Shown here in pieces: positions 39,253 to 47,977 of a stretch of DNA of 64,000 nt. The DNA comes from an uncultured bacterium (GTDB lineage: Bacteria > Patescibacteriota > Minisyncoccia > UBA6257 > 2-01-FULL-56-20): the NCBI GenBank assembly GCA_963707865.1, contig OY970175.1:300352-364351 (forward strand), in the 5' to 3' direction. Below the pieces are notes generated by a model. The model did not search any database and had not been told where the DNA came from. It saw nothing but the letters and a program-made list of their open reading frames with translations. Positions within the stretch are counted from its first letter, which is position 1, and each line of letters starts with the position of its first letter. The translations under genes were made by a program, and so were the position numbers.

Positions 39253-39804
39253 TCACTGATTCGCAGAGGCAAAAGCGACAAGCCGATGTCGCAGCGTCGC
39301 GCGAACACCTAATTCCCTTTTGGTCGCCCACGCGTAGACGCCGAAGAACACCGCGCCAAACCCAAAGTCCCCGAGAAGTGTGTTACGAAAGAAAGGAATT
39401 GCCGCCACGTAACACGCAGCGAGACCCGCGAGCGTGTGCGGATACCATGGCGAGAGCGCCCACACGGCGAAATTCGTTGAGAGATAAAAGAGAACGGAAC
39501 CGCCCGCAGCGCCGAGCGCAAACTTCCGCCATTTAAAATTCGTGCCAATGCCGATCCAGCCGCCGAAGAAGGTTGCGAGTGCGAATGACCCGTAGACCAC
39601 TGCCATGAGCCGCCAATCGTAAAATCCGATCACGGCGTCAGAAACGAACATCGCACCGAGTACGATGCCGATGCTCTGCTTTCGCGGCAAGCGCGCGCCG
39701 AGAAAAAGCGTGAGCGCGCCGATCGGCGCGAAATTCGCCGGATGCGGCAGGAGCCGGAACGACGCGGCAGCGAGTGCAAGAAGGATCGCAAGAAAATATT
39801 TCAT
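39253..39804 (-). CDS. DUF6580-like membrane protein, probable ECF S-component-type transporter
   Basis: RLLPH.ANF.PIGA..LF.G, SD..IGFY, FY..TNF.VW, Y.....GL..CY.AAIPFF.NTL.GD; about 6 TM. Confidence 0.7.
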   Translation of the reverse strand: MKYFLAILLALAAASFRLLPHPANFAPIGALTLFLGARLPRKQSIGIVLGAMFVSDAVIGFYDWRLMAVVYGSFALATFFGGWIGIGTNFKWRKFALGAAGGSVLFYLSTNFAVWALSPWYPHTLAGLAACYVAAIPFFRNTLLGDFGFGAVFFGVYAWATKRELGVRATLRHRLVAFASANQ

Positions 39805-39817
39805 GGTGATAGTGTTG

Positions 39818-40288
39818 TTATTGCTGCTGCGACGCGGTAAATTTCCATGCGATGCGGTCGCCCGCATGCACCGCGGTGTGATCGGCGCCCTCCGTAGCAT
39901 ACACGCCGTTCACCCAGTACTGCCAGTACGCACCGCCTACACCATTTATTTTATCACCAATTTCCGTGATGAGAATCCCCGTGCCTGGATAGACCTTGTA
40001 ATTGAAAGCAAGTCCGGCATTCGCGGCAGCAACCTGGACCACCGAAAAAACGGTGGAGGCAGCGATTATAGAAACGGTGCCGTTCACAATATCTTTCGTA
40101 CCATCAAAGACAACGAGCGTTGCGGAAGCAACTGACGGCAGCGCGGGCATGGACACGGACGACGACGGGGCTTCAGTGGAAACCGCTATGGGTGCGGCTG
40201 CCGGCGCCGATGAAAAGGAATGCCATCCTGCCCAACCAGCAAGTGCTGCCGCAGCTACAATGCAAGCAATGATAAAAACTCTTTTCAT
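39818..40288 (-). CDS. DUF4430 (transcobalamin C-terminal-like) domain protein
   Basis: TVF..........Y...G..I.EI.......YWQYWVNG.....GA.......GD.I.W.F. Confidence 0.8.
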   Translation of the reverse strand: MKRVFIIACIVAAAALAGWAGWHSFSSAPAAAPIAVSTEAPSSSVSMPALPSVASATLVVFDGTKDIVNGTVSIIAASTVFSVVQVAAANAGLAFNYKVYPGTGILITEIGDKINGVGGAYWQYWVNGVYATEGADHTAVHAGDRIAWKFTASQQQ

Positions 40289-42204
40289 CGGTTCTTGCAA
40301 AGATTATTCAGAACTGCGCGGGTTGCAGGACCGACAAAGCCGTTGCCGGACAAAAGCCCGTTCGGCGCAAGGATCTGATCGGCAAAAATATTCTGAAAGG
40401 CAACGGTCGCGTTTTTCGTTCCATTACCAAAGTAGGCGGTCTCGTTGCCTGGCGAACCGGGGCCGTCCTTCGCGACCTCCGTAAGCGGAGCGTAGTTGAA
40501 AACCTTTTGGAGATTCTCTACGTCGGGATCATGCATTCCCTGATGCAAGTTTTTATTGAACGTGACCGCACAATTGTTCGTTTTGAACTCAAGCGTGACC
40601 AATTCCTTTTCCAGATCAATGAGCTCGCCGATCACGCTCGTCGTTGACGCACCGAGGACCTCCCCCGCCGTTGAGGTCTGGGTAGCCGTGGTCATGCTCT
40701 GCAGAGAAAGCGATGACGAGGATGCCGCTGGCGAAGGCAACGCCGACACGTTTTCTCCACCACCGGAGCTCGCGGATGTAGTCGGCGCCGTGACCGTGAG
40801 CGGCAATCTGGAACCGTCGCCGTAGTACCAGACCACGTTGTCGCCTTGCTTCACGTTATAATCCGCCGCACTGACCGAAGGCGAAACAGAATTCACAAGA
40901 TACAGCCATCCGTCCGCGCCCGATGCCGCAACGGATCCGATCTGGTCCACGTATGATCCGGAGCTGTACTGGTGGATGTGATAGCTCACGTCGCAGGATG
41001 ACGACGCGTCCGCGAGAACGTCCATCGCCGTGAGCGCAGGCCCCGTGCCTGCGCAGAGTTCCGCGAACGGTCCTTCAATACGGTAAGAAACCTGCACGGG
41101 CGCCGGTCCACCACCACCGCTACCACCCCCTCCCCCGTTCCCTCCTCCCACTAGCACAACAATCCCCGATGTCGACGAGGTCGCCGTGGTGCTTGTAGCT
41201 GTCGTGCTCGTAGCTATCGTGCTGGAGACCGGCGTGATTATGGCGGTCGGTAAAAACTTTTCAAGGAGTGCGATCACAGCGTATGAAGTTGTCACCGGAC
41301 TGAACGAATCCTCGCCACTCCCCGACTGGTATTCAAAAAATCCGGAGGATGTGTTCTGAAACGAAAGCAAATTCGCCACGGGATCGGCGCCGCTCGCCGC
41401 GATCCAGGCGGACGACGTCGGACGTTGCCCGAACGCATTGATCACGGAAACGATCCACGAATCGGATGAGGCATCCGTAGACGTCCCGTAAGGGCTCGTG
41501 GGATCATACGAAAACCCGCCATCGGGGTTTTGCGCACTCTTCAAATATTTGGTCGCATTCTGAATGGCAAAGTCGGAAACGTTTGATCCGGTTGCAAGGA
41601 GCGCCATGACGGCGGCGGCGGTCGTATTCGTATCGCTCGTTCCGCCGATGGCATATGCGAAGCCGCCGTCAGTGGCGTTCTGATTGTTCAACAAAAAACT
41701 TCGCGCGCCCGAGACCGTCGGATCACTTGACGACACTCCCGCCGCACGCAATGCGAGCAATCCAAAAATATCGTCGTTAAGCGTAGAGGTGCCGCCGATC
41801 TCGCCCGTCGTCGTGCTCACGAAACTCTCAAGGTCCGCAACGAGGTCTTCGCCGCCGATAAATGTGCGCGGATCGTTGCCGGTTGCCGCAATCGCCATAA
41901 TCGGCGCCTCAAGAGCAATTGCCGTAGAGGTGCTCGTGCCCGCGAGCGCAAGCGACACAGAAGAAGTGCTCGGTATATTGCCCGCTGCAGAAAGCGCCAT
42001 GATGCTCCATGGATTAAGCGGCTTGGATTGCAAATAAGAAACAGCAGCAGCGATCGCCGAGGCGATGTCCGGCGTCGTGGAAGCGGTGGTGGAAATGGTG
42101 GAAGTGGTAGTGGCGGAGCTCGTATCCGCAAGTGAATGCGCAGGCAGTGCCATGAACGCTGCAACGGCAAACAAGAGAACGACGAATAAGAAAGTTTTTT
42201 TCAT
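40285..42204 (-). CDS. Surface protein with alpha/alpha-barrel (prenyltransferase/squalene oxidase repeats), DUF4430 and peptidoglycan-binding domains
   Basis: Q..DGGF repeats, D...TA.A..AL, W.Y.VN...P.VSA..Y....GD.VVWYY, L..GM..PDV..LQ...N and G..GPATRA.LN. Confidence 0.8.
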   Translation of the reverse strand: MKKTFLFVVLLFAVAAFMALPAHSLADTSSATTTSTISTTASTTPDIASAIAAAVSYLQSKPLNPWSIMALSAAGNIPSTSSVSLALAGTSTSTAIALEAPIMAIAATGNDPRTFIGGEDLVADLESFVSTTTGEIGGTSTLNDDIFGLLALRAAGVSSSDPTVSGARSFLLNNQNATDGGFAYAIGGTSDTNTTAAAVMALLATGSNVSDFAIQNATKYLKSAQNPDGGFSYDPTSPYGTSTDASSDSWIVSVINAFGQRPTSSAWIAASGADPVANLLSFQNTSSGFFEYQSGSGEDSFSPVTTSYAVIALLEKFLPTAIITPVSSTIATSTTATSTTATSSTSGIVVLVGGGNGGGGGSGGGGPAPVQVSYRIEGPFAELCAGTGPALTAMDVLADASSSCDVSYHIHQYSSGSYVDQIGSVAASGADGWLYLVNSVSPSVSAADYNVKQGDNVVWYYGDGSRLPLTVTAPTTSASSGGGENVSALPSPAASSSSLSLQSMTTATQTSTAGEVLGASTTSVIGELIDLEKELVTLEFKTNNCAVTFNKNLHQGMHDPDVENLQKVFNYAPLTEVAKDGPGSPGNETAYFGNGTKNATVAFQNIFADQILAPNGLLSGNGFVGPATRAVLNNLCKNR

Positions 42205-42208
42205 GAAA

Positions 42209-42232
42209 CGAAAAATCCCGCAACGGGCGGGA
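42209..42232 (-). terminator. Putative riboswitch-coupled intrinsic terminator
   Basis: Minus strand TCCCGC-CCGTT-GCGGGA-TTTTT just upstream of ATG 42204. Confidence 0.6.
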
Positions 42233-42298
42233 CGACAGGCGACAATGCAGCACCTCCATCGTCCCTTAGCTCGAGGAACCTGGTTTATTTTTATTTAT

Positions 42299-42384
42299 CA
42301 AGAATGGTAATCGGACTTTCCGCGACTCCGCGGATCACCGTAGCGGCACTGTGCGGGACTCCCACCCGCTTCCCCATTCCTGAT
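42299..42384 (-). promoter_or_regulatory. Cobalamin riboswitch (compact, class II-like)
   Basis: Minus strand AGGAATGG-GGAA-GCGGG-TGGGAGT-CCCGC-ACAGTGCCGCTACGGTGA-TCCGCG-GAGT-CGCGGA-AAGTCCGA-TTA-CCATTCTT matches the B12-element core; promoter TTGACG-N18-TACACT upstream. Confidence 0.85.
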
Positions 42385-42521
42385 TAACAACCTTTCAAAT
42401 TTTCAACGATGCCTATCCAGTGTAAGAACCCACCCTAACACGCGTCAAGGGCTTTTCTGTGGATAACTCCGCGACCATCCCACGAACACAAGTAAACGAC
42501 GATTTGATAGAATTAAGGGCA

Positions 42522-43184
42522 ATGAAAGACCCAACAAAATTACTCGGAACAACCGAGAAAATTATCAACAAAATCATGGAACATTGGAAAGGTAATAAGT
42601 GGTTTTTTGTTGGTGATATGGTTCTAGTTCTTGGCGTGTCCGTTGTTGGATTTTTTGCGATATTCGGAACTGTATTTTATGGACTAAATCAGTATCGTAA
42701 TTGGAAAAGTCTTTCTTCTGGTGTGGTTTTTACAACTTCAACAACAGATATTTTTACTCCTATAAACTCGCCCCTAAGTGTTAGCGGGACAGATAATGCC
42801 GTAGCGGTTGGTCAAGGTGCACGGGCGACAGTTCAGAAATATCCTCCGCCCACATTTGAATATTATGTAGTTGGGGTTGTCGTTGCTAATCCATTCAAGG
42901 GAATATATGACGAAAGTTTTGACGGAGTATATACAAAAATCTTTGATTGGAAAACTACGTATTTAAATGGACTCCCCCCTCCTACCGGAAAAATAGTTCC
43001 CGTATCATCCCTGTCGTGTTCGCCAACGTATCCCGATATGGTTTCCAATCAACCCGATCGGTTTAAAACTCAGAGCCTCATTGATCTTGGAAATAATAAG
43101 GTCGTAAATATAGAAGAAGTCACTTGCACGTCAACTTCGCCGATAATTGATGATGGGAAATTGTTTAAATATCAAGATACTTGA
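42522..43184 (+). CDS. Hypothetical single-TM protein (AT-rich)
   Basis: Open frame with one TM helix; TAGAAT 8 nt upstream of the ATG. Confidence 0.6.
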   Translation: MKDPTKLLGTTEKIINKIMEHWKGNKWFFVGDMVLVLGVSVVGFFAIFGTVFYGLNQYRNWKSLSSGVVFTTSTTDIFTPINSPLSVSGTDNAVAVGQGARATVQKYPPPTFEYYVVGVVVANPFKGIYDESFDGVYTKIFDWKTTYLNGLPPPTGKIVPVSSLSCSPTYPDMVSNQPDRFKTQSLIDLGNNKVVNIEEVTCTSTSPIIDDGKLFKYQDT

Positions 43185-43242
43185 CCAAAAACCACCAGCA
43201 ATGGCGGTTGATTTTTAGGGATTTTCGTAGTACAATGCCTCC

Positions 43243-43674
43243 ATGTCCGCAAGCCATTTCCACGACCTTTTGAGAACGAGAGGAAAAGAGTATGAATCTT
43301 GGACTCCTATGTATTGCTCTGCATTAAGAGATTATATTCACTTTACAAAAAGAGGGTTTAATCACCTACGGTTTAATATTGATAATACTCCCAGAAATCC
43401 GAAGGAAGTAATGTATAAGATAGGTCTTTTACCCCTTGTGCGTCCCGCGATTTATAAAGCTGTAAGAGTTGAATATGAGAAACGTCTCGCTCCCGTTGGA
43501 GGCACAAGGAAAAAAGTTTTAAAGGAGATGGAGTACTGGGCGATTACAGAAGTAGTCGGAAAACAAAATGTTAAGATAAAAGTCGTTGTGAGAAAAATTG
43601 GCAAAGGACAGATACACTTTTGGAGCATTATGAAGCTCGCCGAAAATCAAAACACCCCAAAAGGGGTGTCCTGA
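43243..43674 (+). CDS. Hypothetical basic protein, possible BECR/RelE-fold nuclease
   Basis: IHF...GFNHL.F, EYW.I......IKVVVRK.G.G..HFWSIM; promoter TTGATT...TACAAT ending 6 nt before the ATG. Confidence 0.65.
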   Translation: MSASHFHDLLRTRGKEYESWTPMYCSALRDYIHFTKRGFNHLRFNIDNTPRNPKEVMYKIGLLPLVRPAIYKAVRVEYEKRLAPVGGTRKKVLKEMEYWAITEVVGKQNVKIKVVVRKIGKGQIHFWSIMKLAENQNTPKGVS

Positions 43675-43732
43675 TGTGCCCGTCTCGGCTTTGGAAATTC
43701 CTTATCCGAAATAGGCTTTCGCCAGCGAACAC
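43643..43732 (-). ncRNA. Putative structured small RNA convergent with 43243-43674
   Basis: Promoter TTGACC-N18-TATAAT (43768-43739); closing stem GTGTGTTCG/CGGGCACAT, GGC-GAAA-GCC hairpin, 12-bp terminator stem that pairs fully only on the minus strand, then a U-tract. Confidence 0.6.
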
Positions 43733-43814
43733 ACCCCTATTATACGTCCGATGCCGCAAAAAGGTCAAGCCCCCCCCCTGTGAATAGCTGCGTAAAAACC
43801 TATATAATTTAGCT

Positions 43815-43955
43815 ATGGACAAAAAATCGTTTGAAACTGCTTTGAAGCAGACAATAACGCACCAAGAAGGGAAGCGAAACGCTCATTGTCGTTGCGCCGA
43901 TTGTAGTGCCAAACGAAAGCGTCAAGGTAAGAAAGCAGGTACTTCTTTGAAATAA
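43815..43955 (+). CDS. Small basic protein with HCxCxxC motif (46 aa)
   Basis: MDKKSFETALKQTITHQEGKRNAHCRCADCSAKRKRQGKKAGTSLK; TATAAT 6 nt upstream. Confidence 0.45.
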   Translation: MDKKSFETALKQTITHQEGKRNAHCRCADCSAKRKRQGKKAGTSLK

Positions 43956-43982
43956 CCTTGTGCGTCCCGCGCACGCTCCGCT

Positions 43983-44120
43983 TCACATGCGCCCAGAACC
44001 GACGCCATTTATTCTGCCGTTGTAGTAATGATGAGAACCCCTAAAATGACCCGGGGTGAATTTATAAGACCGTAGAAAATCGCACAGGTTCTTGAAAGAC
44101 CAATTCTTCAGTCGGGACAT
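43983..44120 (-). pseudogene. Truncated HicA-like toxin (45 aa)
   Basis: MSRLKNWSFKNLCDFLRSYKFTPGHFRGSHHYY: helix plus RGSH motif, ends early; 8 nt downstream of a HicB-like gene. Confidence 0.6.
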
Positions 44121-44128
44121 GACTTACT

Positions 44129-44482
44129 CTATCCAGTTGGACAAAGTGATCTAATCGGCAATGACAAGAACGAAGACTTTTCTACATTCTTAGGGAAAAA
44201 ACGAGTGATTCTCTTGGCAGCCATATATCTCTGACGTGCTTCAAGTATTTTCCAATATTTTTTATCTGCATGACGATTAAGAAGCTCGTCTGGTAAATCA
44301 TTGCGACAGATATTTTCAACATAACCCGTCACCGACTCACGGATCTCGTGCTCAACTCGCTCTATGGTCTTTGCGTCCTCAATCAAATCAAAATCCAAAC
44401 AAACAGCTCTGTAGTTATTTCGTCTAAATGGAAAAATGATTATTCGCGCCACCCCTCGTTTTTTTGTGTTAAGATAAGTCAT
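44129..44482 (-). CDS. HicB-like antitoxin
   Basis: Y.AVCLDFDLI....T.E.....I.E.V.GY pattern of the HicB N-terminal fold; adjacent HicA-like ORF. Confidence 0.55.
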   Translation of the reverse strand: MTYLNTKKRGVARIIIFPFRRNNYRAVCLDFDLIEDAKTIERVEHEIRESVTGYVENICRNDLPDELLNRHADKKYWKILEARQRYMAAKRITRFFPKNVEKSSFLSLPIRSLCPTG

Positions 44483-44591
44483 ACTCTATAGTGTTATTAT
44501 AGCACAATTTGTTTCGCCACAAAGCATACAACAGAGATAAGTAAAAATCAAGCTATCGAGAAAACCGAAAAAAAGCTGCTTTTGTATACTG

Positions 44592-45776
44592 CTACCTGCG
44601 TGGCGTGGAGACAACGAGGAAAAGTGCAAAGCCAATGAGCGATACCACCGCGGCATATCCGAGCGCGACGCTTGAATCAACGGCTGTCCATAAAAGTCCG
44701 CCGATAAGGCCGGCGCCGAGCGACGAAAAGCCGACCGCCATGTTTAAAAATCCCTGGGCCGTCGCGATGAGCTCGTGCTCCGCGCCGAACGCTTTCGCGG
44801 CGAGCATCCGCTGCATCCCGTCGGTCGCCGCGGAATAAAGCCCGAGCGCGGCGAACGAGGCCGTAAGCATCACGATGTGTGCAGAAGACAGCAATCCGAA
44901 ATACGCAAGGACCGCGACGAGAAATCCTCCTGCGATCACCGCGCGCTCTCCAATCCGATCTGCCAGGCGGCCGAGAGGTATTGAAAAGATCACGAACGCA
45001 AAGCTATACACGAAATACATGAGCGGCACATCGGCGATGTTGCCTACCTCCTTCGCCTTCAAAAGCACGAGGGCGATGGGAAGCGTGCCAAGGCCGAAAA
45101 CAAAAATGGAAATGACAATGGACACGAAACGCCGATGCGTGCGGAAAAGGTTCCAGTTCAAACGCGGACGCGGTTTTTGAACGGCGCTTTCAACTTTTTT
45201 GTCTTTCACAAACACGAAAGACGCGATGGCAAGGAATCCAAGCACGAAAGCGATGAAGAAAAGTTTCTTATAGCTCCCGCCCAAAAACGGCAAAAGAAAA
45301 AATGCCGAGAGCGGGCCGATCGTCGCACCCAAGGTGTCCATCGCGCGATGAAAACCGTAGGAACGGCCAAGCTCCGATTCGGGCGTGGACTCCGCGATCA
45401 ACGCGTCGCGCGGGGCATCGCGGAAGCCCTTGCCCACGCGGTCCACGACGCGCAGGCCGAACACCTGCCAAAAGTTCTGCACGAACATCAGAAACCACCG
45501 CGTGGCAACCGAAATGACATACCCCACGACCGCCGGCAGTTTGCGCTTGTGGACCCGGTCCGAAAACCATCCGGAGACCACCTTGAGCACGCTTGAGATC
45601 GCGTCCGCCGCGCCGTCTATAAAACCCACGAAGACCGCGGGGGCGCCCAAGACAGAGGTAAGGAAGACGGGCATCACCGACTGCACCATTTCGCCCGAAA
45701 GATCGTTGAACATACTGACGAGTCCGAGGAAGAAAATATTCTTCCGCACGCCTGCAATCTTTTTCTCTTCATCCAT
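44592..45776 (-). CDS. MFS transporter
   Basis: SG.FSDR..RK, DRVGKG.R.APRDALI, G.LADRIG.R; 12 TM. Confidence 0.9.
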   Translation of the reverse strand: MDEEKKIAGVRKNIFFLGLVSMFNDLSGEMVQSVMPVFLTSVLGAPAVFVGFIDGAADAISSVLKVVSGWFSDRVHKRKLPAVVGYVISVATRWFLMFVQNFWQVFGLRVVDRVGKGFRDAPRDALIAESTPESELGRSYGFHRAMDTLGATIGPLSAFFLLPFLGGSYKKLFFIAFVLGFLAIASFVFVKDKKVESAVQKPRPRLNWNLFRTHRRFVSIVISIFVFGLGTLPIALVLLKAKEVGNIADVPLMYFVYSFAFVIFSIPLGRLADRIGERAVIAGGFLVAVLAYFGLLSSAHIVMLTASFAALGLYSAATDGMQRMLAAKAFGAEHELIATAQGFLNMAVGFSSLGAGLIGGLLWTAVDSSVALGYAAVVSLIGFALFLVVSTPRR

Positions 45777-45816
45777 CACTCTATTATACCGCGCGTTTTG
45801 GGATATACTAAAGAAT

Positions 45817-46983
45817 ATGCCTCTGCAAAAAAGATCTGTCATTTCTCGCGCGCGGAGCTGGTACGCGCGCTTTGAGCGGCCGATCTCATCACTGTCACTC
45901 GTGAGCGGTTTCATATTTGACGCACTCACGCTGCGGCGCGTGGACGTATGGTTAGATAATTTCTGGGTCATCGCGCACCTTGCGATCGTCACGATCTGCG
46001 CCGTCTGGATCAATCTCTTGGACAATACCGTGAGTGAGAGTGGCGTGCGACCGGAAGCGGACCCGCGCCGGCTTCACTTCTGGCTCGTGAACATCATGCA
46101 ATTCTTTTTTGGCGGTATTCTGTCTGTCTATCTGGTCTTTTATTTCCAAAGTGGAACATTTGCAACCAGCTGGCCGTTCCTTTTGATCCTTGCTCTCGCG
46201 TTCATTGCGAACGAATCCCTGAAGCGCCACTTCGCGCGCCTCTCGTTCCAGATCGCACTCCTATTCCTCGCATTTTATTCCTTTGCCATCTACCTTATGC
46301 CGATCCTCCTGCACGAGATCAACACCGCGGTGTTCCTCGTGAGTGGCGCGGTGAGCGTTGCCGCGATCGGCGTCCTCCTTTTTGTCCTTGCCCGTTTCTC
46401 GCGCGAGCGGTTCGTGGGGTGGAGCGGCTGGGCGGTGTTCCTTTCCAGCGCGGGGATACTCGTCCTCGTGAACGGGCTTTATTTTTTGAACCTCATCCCG
46501 CCGCTTCCCCTATCGCTCAAAGACGCTGACGTATATCACTCGCTCGTCATAAACGGTCCCGGCAATTACACGGTGACCGACGAACACCAACCTACGACCG
46601 GCCTCACGTCGGTGGATTTCCTCGCACGTTTTTTCGCAGTGAGCCAAACCGTCCACATCATATCGGGTGATTCGCTCACGGCCTATACCGCCGTCTTTTC
46701 TCCCACGGCATTGAACGCGAACGTCATCCACGAATGGCAATACTACGACGCAACGACGGGTGCCTGGGTCACGCGCGGGCGCATTTTGCTCTCCGTTGTC
46801 GGCGGGCGTGACGGCGGCTATCGTACCTTTTCCGAAGAATCTGCGATCACCGCCGGCCCCTGGCGCGTGAATGTGGAATCCCCGACCAGCCAGATCATCG
46901 GGCGCCTGAATTTTGACGTCGTCGTGCAGAACGCCGAACCCGCGTTTATCGCAAAAACAATCGGCGGAACAACAACGAACTGA
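45817..46983 (+). CDS. DUF2914-domain membrane protein
   Basis: GF.FD.LTL.RVD, multiple TM, IPPLPLSL, H.W......W...........GGR.GGYRT.S......G.WRV.V. Confidence 0.75.
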   Translation: MPLQKRSVISRARSWYARFERPISSLSLVSGFIFDALTLRRVDVWLDNFWVIAHLAIVTICAVWINLLDNTVSESGVRPEADPRRLHFWLVNIMQFFFGGILSVYLVFYFQSGTFATSWPFLLILALAFIANESLKRHFARLSFQIALLFLAFYSFAIYLMPILLHEINTAVFLVSGAVSVAAIGVLLFVLARFSRERFVGWSGWAVFLSSAGILVLVNGLYFLNLIPPLPLSLKDADVYHSLVINGPGNYTVTDEHQPTTGLTSVDFLARFFAVSQTVHIISGDSLTAYTAVFSPTALNANVIHEWQYYDATTGAWVTRGRILLSVVGGRDGGYRTFSEESAITAGPWRVNVESPTSQIIGRLNFDVVVQNAEPAFIAKTIGGTTTN

Positions 46984-46993
46984 TACGCCGACT

Positions 46994-47857
46994 ATGATCT
47001 CCTTCACGCACGCAATAACGCTCGGCCTTCTCCAAGGCATCACGGAACTTTTCCCAATCTCAAGCTTGGGGCACAGCATCATCCTCCCGGGCCTTTTGGG
47101 ATGGCATTTTGACGAGAATGCAACGGACGTGGTGGAATTCCTGGTCGCCACGCACCTTGCGACCGCACTCGTATTGTTCTTCATCTATTGGAAGGATTGG
47201 ATGCGCGTTGTACGAGGCATTTTCCGATCACTTGCGGCACGCGAAATCGCGCCGGCCGATGCCGACGCAAAACTTGGCTGGCTCCTTGTTGCGGGTACCG
47301 TACCCGTCGGCATCGCGGGACTCTTGTTTGAAGAACAAGCAAAACAATTTTTCACCTCCCCGCGCCAGGCAGCGCTCTTTCTTATGGTGAACGGCGTTAT
47401 CCTTCTTGCCGCCGAACTCCTGCGCCGCCGCAAGACGCGAACAAAGCCGCAGGGCGAGATCGTTGAAGGCGCAGACGAGCGGATCGCAAAGCTCACGTGG
47501 CTACGGGCGATCAAAGTCGGCTGCATGCAAATACTCGCGCTCGTGCCGGGCATTTCGCGGACCGGCTCCGCCATGACGGGAGGTCTCTTCGTAGGTCTCT
47601 CGCACGAAGACGCGCTGCGCTTCTCATTCCTCCTCGCGACGCCCATCATCGGCGCCGCCGCGCTTCTTGAACTGCCCGGACTTTTTGCCGCGGGCGGCGC
47701 GATCTTAGAAGCGGCGCTCGTGGGCGCCCTCGCCGCCGCTGTCGCCGCCTATCTCTCCGTCAAATTCCTCGTCCGCCACTTCAAAACAAAAACGCTTCTT
47801 CCTTTTGCGGTCTATTGTCTTTGTGCTGGCGCACTCGCGCTATTTCTTATCCACTGA
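46994..47857 (+). CDS. uppP: Undecaprenyl-diphosphate phosphatase
   Basis: QGITELFPISSLGH, Q.LAL.PGISR.G, FSFLLA.P.I.GA. Confidence 0.93.
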   Translation: MISFTHAITLGLLQGITELFPISSLGHSIILPGLLGWHFDENATDVVEFLVATHLATALVLFFIYWKDWMRVVRGIFRSLAAREIAPADADAKLGWLLVAGTVPVGIAGLLFEEQAKQFFTSPRQAALFLMVNGVILLAAELLRRRKTRTKPQGEIVEGADERIAKLTWLRAIKVGCMQILALVPGISRTGSAMTGGLFVGLSHEDALRFSFLLATPIIGAAALLELPGLFAAGGAILEAALVGALAAAVAAYLSVKFLVRHFKTKTLLPFAVYCLCAGALALFLIH

Positions 47858-47881
47858 CCCACCTGTGAAGTTTCTATACCG

Positions 47882-47909
47882 AAAGCGTTCCTTGTCGGAA
47901 TGCTTTTTC
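47882..47909 (+). terminator. Intrinsic terminator after uppP
   Basis: AAAGCGTTCC-TTGTC-GGAATGCTTTTT. Confidence 0.55.
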
Positions 47910-47977
47910 GTAGGCGGCGATCCCCCAAAACCATTAACGAAATCGTTCAAAAACCTATATTTTATGGCCAATCTTGC

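Noticed and set aside
43643-43732. ZTP riboswitch or hammerhead ribozyme identity for the candidate sRNA
   Set aside because: CTGGCGAA resembles both, but the ZTP pseudoknot partner and the exact CUGANGA/GAAA core are missing, and no gene lies downstream in sense
35864-44590. Prophage or integrative island at tRNA-Gln
   Set aside because: No integrase, phage structural gene or duplicated tRNA 3' end was found
45385-46025. Apparent long overlap between the MFS and DUF2914 ORFs
   Set aside because: Artefact of longest-ORF calling; starts at 45776 and 45817 give divergent genes with back-to-back -10 boxes
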